Counted from the stretch's first letter, positions 12,272 through 22,315 are shown. The stretch: 64,000 nt of DNA from Candidatus Latescibacterota bacterium (GCA_963707635.1 OY970173.1:1536001-1600000), one strand, 5' to 3'. Notes: generated by a model not told the origin, from the sequence alone. Numbers and translations are program-made.

Positions 12272-13192
12272 CTAGAAACGGACGCCGAGCGAGACGCGGT
12301 GGGTGGTCCCGAACGCCTCGGCGTCGTCGAAGCTCGCCGCGTAGTGGAGGGTGACGCGCCCGTCGAACGCGCGGGCGCTGGCTCCGAACGACGGGACGGT
12401 GCGGGTGTCTCCGGCGCGCAGCAGCGCCACGCCCCCGCGCAGCGCCACGTGCGCGAAGAGATAGTCGCTCTCCGCGCCGATCATCGCGCGCGACCACGAC
12501 CCGTAGCTGTGCACCGCGTCCGCTTCGATCGCCACCCGGCGAAGGCTGTGCGTCGCGAGCCCGACCACGTATTCCCGCGCCAGCTGGTAGTCGTGCCCGT
12601 CGTCGTAGCTGTAGCGCGAGAACGCGTCACGCGCGACGAACGCGAGCGCCCAGTTCCTGGACAGGGCCAGGCGCCCCGCGAAATCGATGCTGGAACCGAG
12701 CGCGTCGAAACCAGCCACCCCGCTGGACGACGTGAACACCTGCGCGGCGATTGCGATCGTCACCAGCGGCTCCGGTGTGAGCGCGTAGGCGAGCCGCAGG
12801 TGATTCTCGTGGTACGACTCTCCGCCGACCACGTCCGCGGAGAGGTTGGTGAACATCGCGCCCACGACGTGGGTCGACGTGTTCTCGACGCGCGACGACC
12901 CGAGCGGCATCAGGAACACCGCCTGCGACTCGCCGATCGAAACCCCGGGCACGAGGCTCTGGTAGGAAACCCCCGCCGAACGCGGCGCGCGCGCCAGCCC
13001 GGCGGGGTTCCAGTCGACCGCGCTCTCGTCGTCGATGATCACGACCGCCGCCCCCGCCATCCCCCACGCGCGCGCACCGTAACCGGGCAAGCGGAAGGCG
13101 CCGCCCTCCGACGAGCCCGCGCGGGCCGGCGGCGGGGCCAGCGCCGGAATCGTCGACACCAATGCAACCAACCAGAGGATACGATGCTTCAT
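12272..13192 (-). CDS. PorV/PorQ (UPF0164)-like outer-membrane beta-barrel
   Basis: Signal peptide, GARAWGMAGA, WNPAGLA, C-terminal THRVSLGVRF beta-signal. Confidence 0.75.
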   Translation of the reverse strand: MKHRILWLVALVSTIPALAPPPARAGSSEGGAFRLPGYGARAWGMAGAAVVIIDDESAVDWNPAGLARAPRSAGVSYQSLVPGVSIGESQAVFLMPLGSSRVENTSTHVVGAMFTNLSADVVGGESYHENHLRLAYALTPEPLVTIAIAAQVFTSSSGVAGFDALGSSIDFAGRLALSRNWALAFVARDAFSRYSYDDGHDYQLAREYVVGLATHSLRRVAIEADAVHSYGSWSRAMIGAESDYLFAHVALRGGVALLRAGDTRTVPSFGASARAFDGRVTLHYAASFDDAEAFGTTHRVSLGVRF

Positions 13193-14817
13193 CGCGCGTC
13201 CGGGTCGTAGAGAAAGACTTCGCGGACGATTTCCTGCCCGCCGTCCGTGTAGAGCAGCGCCGCGACCGCCACCAGCGGACCCTTCTTGGTCGCCACTCCG
13301 CTGCCGTTGCGACCGTCCCACCGCAGCGAGTAGAACTGCAGCTCGCTGTCATTCTCGATGGTCGCGACCAGATCGCCCCTCACGTCGAAGATCCGCAGCG
13401 TCACCCCGCTGGCGGTGCGGGACGCATTGACCTCGAACGACGCGCCCGGTGTGAAGGGAACCGGGGCGAAAAAGCCGGCGGACTCGTCGAACTGAACCAC
13501 CACCGGGTTGGACGGCGGGCTGGTGTTGAAGGCGCCGTCGCGCAGCACGGCGACAAGCTCGTTGCGGCCGGGCTCCAGCGCCACGTCGACCGTGAACGAG
13601 TTGCTGGCCGCGGTCGACACCGAGTCGACCAGGGTGCCGTTGCGGAACACGCGCACCAGCGCGGCGGAATCGCCGCCGTCGTCCGCTTCGCCGCTTAGCG
13701 GATACGTGCTGGCGTGCCAGCTCCCGTCGAACGGCTCGAGCGACGGCGCGGGGGGCGCGGTCACATCGAAGCGGAAAATGAAGTCGTAGGTCGTCACGCG
13801 CCCCACGCCGTCGACGACCCGGAAGCCGATGGTGTGCGACCCCTCGGTCGCGATCGAATCCGCCAGCGGCACGGCGAAGAAGAGCGTGTCGTCGCGCGTG
13901 TGGGTCGCAAACACGCCGGCGAACGGACGGGTCGCCGCGTAGCGCACGCCGAGGGTGTCCACGCCCTGGCGGTCGAACGTCCAGCCGTGCAGGCTGTCGG
14001 GGACCGCGGACACGCTCGCGCCGTCGGCCAGGCTGGTGGGCTTGATGTGGGGCGCGACGGTGTCGATCGAGAAGTGATAGGTCGACGTGGTGGTGTAGCC
14101 GGCGGCGTCGACCAGCGACAGCGTGACTCGATATTCGCCGTCCGGGAGGGTGGCGACCTCGCCCGTCGCGTCCCAGGCCATCGTGTACGCGCCGTCCGCA
14201 CCGGCGAACGGCGGGCTGGTGGTGAGCGACACCGGGGTCACGACGACATTGCTCGGATTGGCGAATTCACTCTTGAGCTCGTCGGGCGGCCGCCCCACCG
14301 ACACAGGGGAGCTGTCGGTCACCAGAAACGAGATACTGACCGCGGTCGGGCCACTGGCCACCCCCGGCGCGTATGGGTCGGGGACCACACTGAGAACCTG
14401 GACCTGGGGAGGAGTGAGGTCGACGAAAATGGGCAGCGATCGCACGACATCCGGCCCCGACTCGGGCGTCACGCGCAGCGTGACCACGTACGCGCCCTCG
14501 GGGGCGGGCGATCCGTCCCACCGGCGTCCCTTCCAGTACGAGTCGCGCAGCGGCCCCGGCAGGTCGGGGGCCGGCGCGCGCAGCGTGTCGACGGGCGTGG
14601 TGGAGTCCGCCTCGAACACGACCAGGGAAACCGCCAGCGCGGTGTCCGCCAGCACATAGCGCACGCGGGTGGAGTCCTGTTTGGTGTCGCCGTCCGGCGA
14701 GATCACGGTCTCCCGCACTTCGAAGCGCGACACGATCTGCGCGGCGCACGGACGGGCGAGTGGGAGCGCGACCGCCGTCGAGAGCAGCACGATCGGGATG
14801 AAACGGGAATGCGTCAA
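13189..14817 (-). CDS. Secreted Ig-like protein with repeated FlgD-type domains and a T9SS-like C-terminal domain
   Basis: Signal peptide; ISPDGD...D, WKGRRWDGSPAPEGAY, WDAT...LPDGEY; C-terminal VTLRIFDVRGDLV...WDGRNGSG. Confidence 0.75.
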   Translation of the reverse strand: MTHSRFIPIVLLSTAVALPLARPCAAQIVSRFEVRETVISPDGDTKQDSTRVRYVLADTALAVSLVVFEADSTTPVDTLRAPAPDLPGPLRDSYWKGRRWDGSPAPEGAYVVTLRVTPESGPDVVRSLPIFVDLTPPQVQVLSVVPDPYAPGVASGPTAVSISFLVTDSSPVSVGRPPDELKSEFANPSNVVVTPVSLTTSPPFAGADGAYTMAWDATGEVATLPDGEYRVTLSLVDAAGYTTTSTYHFSIDTVAPHIKPTSLADGASVSAVPDSLHGWTFDRQGVDTLGVRYAATRPFAGVFATHTRDDTLFFAVPLADSIATEGSHTIGFRVVDGVGRVTTYDFIFRFDVTAPPAPSLEPFDGSWHASTYPLSGEADDGGDSAALVRVFRNGTLVDSVSTAASNSFTVDVALEPGRNELVAVLRDGAFNTSPPSNPVVVQFDESAGFFAPVPFTPGASFEVNASRTASGVTLRIFDVRGDLVATIENDSELQFYSLRWDGRNGSGVATKKGPLVAVAALLYTDGGQEIVREVFLYDPDAR

Positions 14818-14830
14818 AGAATCGGTCCGC

Positions 14831-15037
14831 TCCGGATAACTACGCGGGGCCTGTCACCGCTGGCGCGGGCCCTGTCGCCGATCCACCCCACGGGGCTTCG
14901 CCCGCGGGTCCTGTCGGCCAACAGCCCACTGCGGGCGAGCCTACCGCGCCTGCGCACTAGTAGTCTCGCCCTTGTGGGCGCCCGTTGGCCGCCACCCGCG
15001 GTTCACACGCCACCGCTTGTGCCCGGCCGGTCCGGAT
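14831..15037 (-). ncRNA. Candidate structured 5' leader or ncRNA (unknown family)
   Basis: ~100-nt interrupted hairpin 14902-15001, three GCGGGNCCTGTC repeats, TCCGGA at both ends, TATTAT -10 at 15046-15041. Confidence 0.45.
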
Positions 15038-15098
15038 TCGATAATAGCGCAGCCGCCGCGTTCGATTGCTACACACCTTTGCTTGCACCGCCACGGCG

Positions 15099-15866
15099 TC
15101 ACGCCTGCCCGGATTCCACCAGGCGCAGCAGCGCGGGCAGGGCCTCGCGCGCGCCGGAACGCACGAACACGTCGGCGAGCGGCGTGATCGGTGTCGGCTC
15201 GGGGTTGATCTCGACGACCCGGGCGCCCGCCTCGCGCGCGATTTCCGGAAACCCGGCGGCCGGGTACACCAGGCCCGACGTGCCCACGACCAGCAGGACG
15301 TCGCACGCACCCAGCGCCGCGTACGCGCGGTCCAGGTGCCCGGCGTCGAGCGCTTCGCCGAACCACACGATATCGGGGCGCAGGTAGGAGCCGCACACGC
15401 AGCGGGGTGGCACGTCCTGTGTCTCTTCCGGCGGTGTGGCGGGGTGATCGCGGTCAAAGCACTTGTAGCGGAAAATGTTTCCGTGGAGCTCGATCAGCCG
15501 CGTGGAGCCGGCGAGGGTGTGGAGGTTGTCGATGTTCTGGGTCAGCAGGAGGAAGTCGTCGAACCGCGTCTCCATGCGAGCGAGTGCGATGTGTCCCTCG
15601 TGGGGCCGCGCGAGCGAAATCATCGCGCGCCGGTCCGCGTACCAGCGCCATACCAGGGCCGGGTCGCGCCGAAATCCGCTCCGCGTGGCGAGGTCCTCGG
15701 GAGAGTAGTTCGCCCACAGCGCGTTGGGTGCGTCGCGAAAAGTCGGAATTCCGCTTTCCTTCGACACGCCGGCGCCGGTGGTGGCGACCACCCGCGTCGC
15801 GCCGCGCAGGCATTCGGCGGCGCGCTCGATGCACGCGCCGATGTCGTCGGGGGGTGGCGTGGTCAT
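15099..15866 (-). CDS. cobB: NAD-dependent protein deacylase (class III sirtuin)
   Basis: TGAGVSKESGIPTFR, WYxxRR, TQNIDNLH, ELHGN, LRPDIVWFGE, VGTSG.VYPA. Confidence 0.95.
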   Translation of the reverse strand: MTTPPPDDIGACIERAAECLRGATRVVATTGAGVSKESGIPTFRDAPNALWANYSPEDLATRSGFRRDPALVWRWYADRRAMISLARPHEGHIALARMETRFDDFLLLTQNIDNLHTLAGSTRLIELHGNIFRYKCFDRDHPATPPEETQDVPPRCVCGSYLRPDIVWFGEALDAGHLDRAYAALGACDVLLVVGTSGLVYPAAGFPEIAREAGARVVEINPEPTPITPLADVFVRSGAREALPALLRLVESGQA

Positions 15867-16759
15867 CCGGTGCCCCTGCGGCTGCCGCGATAGAACGTGG
15901 CCAGCGAGATGCCGGTCAGTATGAATGCCGCCCCGACGGCCACGCGAAGCGAGATCCGTTCCCCGAGGGCGACGTGGCCGAGTAGCACCGCCAGCACGGG
16001 GATGATGAAGGTCTGGTACGACACCAGGGTCACGTCCATGCGCTGGAGCACCCAGAAGAAGAGCGCGAAGGCGGCCACCGAGCCGGCGACGGCGAGGTAG
16101 GCGATGCTGGCCCACGTGGTCGCGTCAAAGGCCAACGGATTGGCGTGCTCGAAAGCGAGCGCGAGGATCGCCGTCACCACAGTTGCGGTCGAGAACGGGA
16201 TCAAGAGCGACGCCACCGCATGGTAACCGTGGCCCCATTTCTTGGTGGCCACCGATCCCACCGCCGACGCCATAACACTGCAAACGACGGCCAGGGTTCC
16301 CAGCGCCTGCTCGCGGCCGATGCGCAGGCTGTCGGAAAAAATGACGCCCACGCCCGCGATCCCCACCGCGATGCCCGCGAGCTTGCGCGCGGTGAGCGGG
16401 CTCGCGAGCGTCAGGCGGGCGAGGATCGCCACGAGGAGCGGAAGGATGGCGTAGATGACGGCCGCGAGGCCGGACGCGATGTGCTGTTCACCGTAGTACA
16501 CCAGTGAGTAAGGGAGCACGACGTGGAAGAGCCCCAGAAACAAGCCCAGGCGAACGAAGCGCTTGTCGCGCGGAAGGGAAACGCCGCGAACGCGGAGGAT
16601 GACGGCCACCAGTAGCGACGCGATCGCCATGCGCACCGCCACGCTCGTCAGCGGCGGGGCCCCCCGCAGCCCCACCTTGATCACCATCCAGGTGGAGCTC
16701 CAGATCAGGCACATGCCGGCGTACGCGGCGGCGACAGGGATGTTAACCCGTGTGCTCAA
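15863..16759 (-). CDS. EamA/DMT family transporter
   Basis: IWSSTW start motif, about 10 TM in a duplicated EamA layout, LGERIS; GGAGG RBS before TTG. Confidence 0.92.
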   Translation of the reverse strand: MSTRVNIPVAAAYAGMCLIWSSTWMVIKVGLRGAPPLTSVAVRMAIASLLVAVILRVRGVSLPRDKRFVRLGLFLGLFHVVLPYSLVYYGEQHIASGLAAVIYAILPLLVAILARLTLASPLTARKLAGIAVGIAGVGVIFSDSLRIGREQALGTLAVVCSVMASAVGSVATKKWGHGYHAVASLLIPFSTATVVTAILALAFEHANPLAFDATTWASIAYLAVAGSVAAFALFFWVLQRMDVTLVSYQTFIIPVLAVLLGHVALGERISLRVAVGAAFILTGISLATFYRGSRRGTG

Positions 16760-16869
16760 GAGTTTTCCTCCCGCCGGGAGCCGGCGGTGCGCGCGCGGCG
16801 CTAAGCTATCCCCGGACCTCTGGTTAGCGGCCGGGGTGCGACCGGCCGGGCGGTTTCGCGGCGGCGATG

Positions 16870-16899
16870 TTGACACCGAGGGTAGCGATGAGATACCAT
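16870..16899 (+). promoter_or_regulatory. Sigma70-like promoter
   Basis: TTGACA-N18-TACCAT in an AT-rich intergenic segment. Confidence 0.65.
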
Positions 16900-16967
16900 A
16901 AGCACCAATAAATCAACAGATTTACACGAGAGGTATCGACTCGACCTAACTGGTAACGACTCCCCCG

Positions 16968-18666
16968 TTGAAACGCCCCAATCCTGGACTTCTCGTCGTG
17001 CTCGCGGCGGCGGCGGCGGTGCATTTGGCCGTCGCGATGCTGGATTTCCCGACCCTGGCCCGCAACGGCTTTCTCTACGACGACAGCTTCTACGCGTTTC
17101 AGATCGCGCGCCACATCGCCGCGGGCAACGGCCCCACCTTCGACGGAATCCACCTGACCAACGGCTTCCAGCCGCTCTATGTCGCCATGCTGGTCCCGCT
17201 GTACCTGTTCGCCGGCGGAAGCGAAACCGTTCCCATCCACCTCGCGCTGGCGCTGTCGGCGCTCTTGAGCGTCGGGTCCGCGTACCTGCTCTACCGGCTG
17301 CTGGCGGGCCGCGTCGGGGAAGTCGCCGCTACCATCGCGACCGCGGTGTGGGCGTTCTCTCCCATTGTCGTGCGCCAGAGTGCGAACGGCCTGGAGACGT
17401 CGCTGGCGCTCTTCGCGTTCGCGTGCAGCATCACCTACTACCTGGAACGGATCCGGCCGGTCGCCGCGCCGCCGCGCCGCCGATTCGTCGCGATCGGCGC
17501 GCTGCTGGGAGCGACGATTCTCGCCCGCGTGGACCTGGGGCTGCTGGCGCTCGCCATGTGCCTCGACTACCTGCTCGTGCTGCGCCGGCGGGGTTCACCC
17601 CTGGGCTGGATGGGCGACCTCGCCACCGCCACCGTCACCGGTGCGCTGGTGTGCGCGCCGTGGGTCCTCTATAGCATTTTGAAGGTGGGTACTCTGGTCC
17701 CGGAGAGCGGGCGCGCGACTCGATTCCTCGCCCTCGCGTACGCGCCGTTTTTCGGTCTCGGCGATTCGTCGATGGCGACGACCGGCCCGACCTGGTCGTT
17801 CATGGCCGCGCTCCTCGTCCGCTCGGTCGAATCGTTGCGGGTCGTCCCGCTGCTGCACCCGCTGTTTCGCGGGACCAGCAAGCTCGGGGAACGGGTGGTG
17901 CCCGGAAGCGTCGACGTGCTGACGGGTGCGATCGCCATCGCACTCGCGGCGGCCTTCGTGGTGTGGTGGTGGCGGCGTCGCCGCGTCGCCCCGCAGGCGA
18001 CGCGCGAGTTCGATTTTTTGATCGTGTTTTCGGTGGTGCTGATCGTCACCTATTCGTCGGTGGTGTACGGCGTCTTCTTCTTCCTCCGGTACTACTATCC
18101 AGTGTACTTCGTGGCGATGCTCTTCGCGGGTCTGGCCATCGACGACGCCATCGCGCACGTGCGCTCGCGCCCGGCGCGGGTACGACGCTTCGCGCTGGCC
18201 GCGTGCGGCGTCTACGCGGCCGGGCTCATGTTCATGGGATACACCAGCGCGTTTCGGAGCTCGCCGGTGTACCGGTTCTACGACGCCGCCTGCTGGCTTC
18301 GAACCCACACCGACGCGTCGGAAACCATCGGCGCGTTCCAGAGCGGCGCCATCGGCTACCTGTCACACCGGACCGTGATCGGGCTGGACGGAAAGGTGAA
18401 CGGGGAGGCGTACGCCGCGCTGCGCGGGCACCGGCTCAACGACTACGTCGCCAAAGCGGGCGTCGATTTCGTGATCGACAACATGCCGGTGCTGGATCTG
18501 TTCCTCGGTCCCGTGGTCGGACGCGGAGCGGCAGCGCATCGAGTCGGGCCGCGCGTTCACCGGCCGCGAATACGGCCTCCCCGGCTGGATCGGATACCGG
18601 GTTTCCTCGCCGCACGGCGTGGGAGTCTCCACGACCCCCGCCTCTCGCCCCGCCCAGACCCCCTGA
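16968..18666 (+). CDS. GT-C-like multi-TM glycosyltransferase (apparent +1 frameshift near 18511)
   Basis: YDDSFYAFQIAR, TNGFQPL, NGLET, ARVD, GLDGKVN. Removing one C at 18510-18512 gives a typical-codon C-terminus ending TGA 18666, just before the convergent gene. Confidence 0.75.
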
Positions 18667-18696
18667 TTTGCAAGTGCGGGCGTTCACCCGCGACAG

Positions 18697-19473
18697 TCAC
18701 GGCTCTTTCTCCAACACGGCGACTAGAGCGACACGGAAATGCCGGAGCGCGTGCGTGGAGTTTACGATTCGTTCGTAGGCGATCCCAAACGGATAGGTAA
18801 GTGGACTGAATCGAAGGTACTCCGGACGGGGTTCCAGGAGTCGTATCTCCCGCACCCGGAACCCCGTTTCCCTGGCCAGGCGACGGATTCTACGCTCGGA
18901 ATTGCAGCGGTAATGGGTCGGGAAGATGTCTGGACTCGTCCTCCGAAAGATGCGGGAAATAATGAAGTCGTGGAGTGCGTGGGGCAGGGCGCGGGACGTC
19001 AGCGTGACGTAGTGACAAAGGTTGGGGGTCTTGATCACGAACCGTCCACGCGGCCTGAGGACGCGCGCGACTTCCCGGAACATGTCCTCCGGGGTCGCCA
19101 GGTGTTCTACGACATTCCACGCGAACGCAAGATCGAACGTGCCGTCGGGGTAGGGGATCCCGTCGGCGCTGCCCAGTCGCGAGTCGTCCAGGTGGGCGTT
19201 CTCAAGGACCCTGGGGTCCACGTCGACCCCACAAACTTTAGCCGCGGAGCCGCGAAACCAGGCGAACTCGTTGCCCCCCCCCCCCGCGCCCACATCCAGC
19301 ACGACGTGCTGCTTCTCGATCAACGACAGAATCATCTCGCGACATACGGCGTCGTCCCATACGAGTTGATAATCGGGGTAACAGGCTCTGTCCAGGGCGC
19401 GAACAATCGACGCCGACACCGAACCGCGCTGCCTGAGTCGATGAGGTGGTGAAGGATCGGTCTTCTGTTCCAT
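18697..19473 (-). CDS. Class I SAM-dependent methyltransferase (Methyltransf_11)
   Basis: VLDVGAGGG, GVDVD, IPYPDGTFD, VVEHL, RVLRPRG motifs. Confidence 0.92.
   Translation of the reverse strand: MEQKTDPSPPHRLRQRGSVSASIVRALDRACYPDYQLVWDDAVCREMILSLIEKQHVVLDVGAGGGGNEFAWFRGSAAKVCGVDVDPRVLENAHLDDSRLGSADGIPYPDGTFDLAFAWNVVEHLATPEDMFREVARVLRPRGRFVIKTPNLCHYVTLTSRALPHALHDFIISRIFRRTSPDIFPTHYRCNSERRIRRLARETGFRVREIRLLEPRPEYLRFSPLTYPFGIAYERIVNSTHALRHFRVALVAVLEKEP
19274..19285 (-). repeat. G12 homopolymer within the methyltransferase coding strand
   Basis: 12 consecutive C on the + strand, encoding AGGGG in motif I. Confidence 0.85.
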
Positions 19474-19485
19474 ACGGTTTCCGGA

Positions 19486-20403
19486 TCAGTCGGCGGTCAG
19501 CACGCGCTCCAGCGCGCCCACGTGGCGCGCCTTCCCCTCGCGCCGCGTCAACACCGGCAGACACCTGGGCACGATGCTAAGGGAAAGCGGCGTTTCCCGG
19601 CGGCCGAGATACTCCCCGTCGATATGGATTGGAAAAGGCTGCTCGGCCGCGATCGTCACACGCGCGCCGCGGTACCACGCGATGCCGGGGCGCCCGAGGT
19701 GCGCGCCGCGCAGCGCCCGCGGGAGGATCGACAGCATCCGGGCGCGCGACATCCGGCGCGCCACGCACACATCGATCAGTCCATCGTCCGGATACGCGCG
19801 CGGGTTCAGGTAGAAGCCGCCCCCGGCGCGCACACCGTTGCCCACCGACACCAGCAGGAAATCCCCCGCGACCGTCACGTCGTCCACCGCGATCGTGAAG
19901 CGGCCGCTCTCGTAGGCGGCGAGCGCCTTGAACACCGCGGTCAGGTACAGCGGGACGCCGCGCAGGTGCCGGATCGCCAGGCTGTGGTAGGTGACGGTCG
20001 CCTCGAAGCCGATGCCGATCGAGTTGGCGCAGTAGCGGCCGCCGCAGTCGATCACGTCCAGGCGCAGGCCAATGCCGTCCTCGAGGACGCGGCGAAGCTC
20101 GTCGGCCGTGCGGGGGCAATCGACCAGCGACGCGAAATCATTGCCCGATCCGGTGGGAATGACGACAATGGGCACCGGGTGCGGCATGAGCCCGTTGACC
20201 ACTTCGCTCACGGTTCCGTCGCCCCCGACGACGCAGACGACGTCCGAGGAGGCCGCGGCCGCTCGCGCGAGGTCGACGGCGTGGCTCGGTCCTTGCGTCC
20301 ACAACAGGTTGACGTCGCCGCGGATGGCTCTCGCGTAACCCTCTACCAGGGCACGCGTTCTTCCGCGGCCGGCGGTTGGATTGGCAATGAAACTTACCCG
20401 CAT
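19486..20403 (-). CDS. Diacylglycerol/lipid kinase (YegS/Rv2252/BmrU family)
   Basis: NPTAGRG, GGDGTVSEVVNG, PTGSGNDFA, GGG, HIDGE motifs. Confidence 0.93.
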   Translation of the reverse strand: MRVSFIANPTAGRGRTRALVEGYARAIRGDVNLLWTQGPSHAVDLARAAAASSDVVCVVGGDGTVSEVVNGLMPHPVPIVVIPTGSGNDFASLVDCPRTADELRRVLEDGIGLRLDVIDCGGRYCANSIGIGFEATVTYHSLAIRHLRGVPLYLTAVFKALAAYESGRFTIAVDDVTVAGDFLLVSVGNGVRAGGGFYLNPRAYPDDGLIDVCVARRMSRARMLSILPRALRGAHLGRPGIAWYRGARVTIAAEQPFPIHIDGEYLGRRETPLSLSIVPRCLPVLTRREGKARHVGALERVLTAD

Positions 20404-20500
20404 GTGCACTCGTCGTATCGCGTCGCTGCCGCTTGTGCGCGGCGGCCCGAGGCTACCCGACCCCCCGGGAGGCGGGAAGCGGAATCGCGCGCTTCCCGCG

Positions 20501-22315
20501 ATGCTCGTGGCCCTCGCCTCGCTCGCGGCGTCGTCCGCGAGCCGCGCGGCCGACCCGTGGCACGTCGACCCCGTCCCCGAAGTGCGGGCCATCTGCCACG
20601 CGGGGGATGCGCTCTGGGTCGGCACGTCTGCCGGCGTGTTCGTGCTCGACATCCGCACCGGCACGCTCGTCGACCATGTCGTCGCGGGTCCGCGCCTCCC
20701 GTCGGCGTCTGTCCGCGCGATCGCGGCGCGCAGCGACAGCGTGTTCGTGGGGACCGACGCCGGCCTGGCGTGCCTGGTCGGTGGCGCGGCCACGGTGTGG
20801 ACGCCGCGCGCGCCGGGCAAGCTCAAGGCCATCTCGCTCGCCCGGATTCACGACATTTCCTTCGGCGCCAACGGCGACTGGCTCGTGTCCAGCGGCGGTG
20901 GCGGGCTCGGCGTGGTCACGCGCACCGGGGCGTACGCGTTCACGCGCCGGGACTCGCTGCCCGCCGACAACGTCTACGGCGTGATGGAACGGCGCGACGG
21001 TGTGCGCTGGATCGCCACCACCGCGGGGTTGTGCGCGCGCATGAACGACACGACGCTGGTGTCGTTTCAGGCGGGCGCCGGCATTCCCCGCGGCGAAATC
21101 CGCCGCATCGTCGGCAGCGATCGCACCGCCTACCTGCTCGTTTCCGGCCGCGGGGTGTTTCGCTTCGACGGCATGCACGCGACCGCCGTGGAAGCCCCGT
21201 CGGACATTCCCTTGCGCGACGCCGTGTCGCTGTCCTACGGCGCCGACGCGTCGCTGTGGGCGGTGGGCGGGAATTGGATTGCGGTGTCGCGCGCGGGCAA
21301 GTGGTCTCGGGTCGGTGTTTCCTCCCGCGACGAGCGGGAATCGTGGCGCGTGGTGGTGGCCGACGGCGCCGGCGCCTTCGTCGGTTCGTCGCGTGGAGTG
21401 GTGCTCGCGATCGGACGCGGCGGCGCGCTTCGCGCCGAACTCCCGGGGCTCCTGCCGTCGTCGCAGGTCGGCTCGATCTGCACGGACGGCCGCGACGGCG
21501 CCTGGTTCGTCAGCGGCGGCTCGGTGGTGCACGGAGACGTCCGGACACGCGAGGTGCGCGTGGACCGGTCGCCGCCGGCGGCGCAGTCGCTCGCCGTTCT
21601 GCGCTCGGGGGCGGTGGTGTCGGCGGGCCGCTGGACCGTCCGCCGGTTCGAGGACGGGAAGTGGACGGACCTTCGCCCCGACGTTCCCGAAGCCGACCCG
21701 GCCTTCACCGTGGCGCGCGCGGGGGATCGCGACGAGTTGTGGGTGGGGACGCGCGCCGGCTCGCTGTATCGCTACGACGGCGAGGTGTGGCTGCGGATCG
21801 CGCGGGCCGACGAGCGCGTCGGCGACGGCGCGGTTCTCGACGCATTCATCTCCCCGCCGGGCGACGTGTGGGGACGGGTCGGAGTAACGGCGGCCCTGGC
21901 GCGGGCGGGCTACTGGGAACGGCCCGCCGGCATCGATTCGACGGCGACCATCGTGGACGTGGCGAGGTCTCCCGCCGGGGACTGGATCGCCGTGACCCCG
22001 CGTGCGCTCCTGCGCATGGACGCGGAGCGGCGGCGGTGGGATCCGGTGACGCCCGTGGAGCTGGTGGGTGGAGCACGCGGGCGCGACGAGCCCCGCGGGC
22101 GGTTCACGGCGGCTGCGTTCGGCGGCGCCGGTTCGTTGTTCCTGGGGACCACCGAAGGCGTCACCCGGGTGACGCGCGAGGGGTTCTTGTGGATGGGCCC
22201 CGACGCTGGTTTGGCCGGGACCGAAGTCACCGATCTCGCGGCCGACGACCACTACCTGTGGATTGGGTTTGCACAGGAGGGCCTGTCGGTGGTAGCGCTT
22301 GACCCGGTGCGCTGA
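20501..22315 (+). CDS. Secreted beta-propeller repeat protein (two-component-regulator propeller / PorZ-like)
   Basis: Signal peptide then repeated LWVGT..G, LP...V..I and LWIG..GL blades; start uncertain. Confidence 0.7.
   Translation: MLVALASLAASSASRAADPWHVDPVPEVRAICHAGDALWVGTSAGVFVLDIRTGTLVDHVVAGPRLPSASVRAIAARSDSVFVGTDAGLACLVGGAATVWTPRAPGKLKAISLARIHDISFGANGDWLVSSGGGGLGVVTRTGAYAFTRRDSLPADNVYGVMERRDGVRWIATTAGLCARMNDTTLVSFQAGAGIPRGEIRRIVGSDRTAYLLVSGRGVFRFDGMHATAVEAPSDIPLRDAVSLSYGADASLWAVGGNWIAVSRAGKWSRVGVSSRDERESWRVVVADGAGAFVGSSRGVVLAIGRGGALRAELPGLLPSSQVGSICTDGRDGAWFVSGGSVVHGDVRTREVRVDRSPPAAQSLAVLRSGAVVSAGRWTVRRFEDGKWTDLRPDVPEADPAFTVARAGDRDELWVGTRAGSLYRYDGEVWLRIARADERVGDGAVLDAFISPPGDVWGRVGVTAALARAGYWERPAGIDSTATIVDVARSPAGDWIAVTPRALLRMDAERRRWDPVTPVELVGGARGRDEPRGRFTAAAFGGAGSLFLGTTEGVTRVTREGFLWMGPDAGLAGTEVTDLAADDHYLWIGFAQEGLSVVALDPVR

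Noticed and set aside
14844..14915. CRISPR-like array from three GCGGGNCCTGTC repeats
   Set aside because: Repeats are only 12 bp, spacers are 9 and 27 bp, and no cas genes are present
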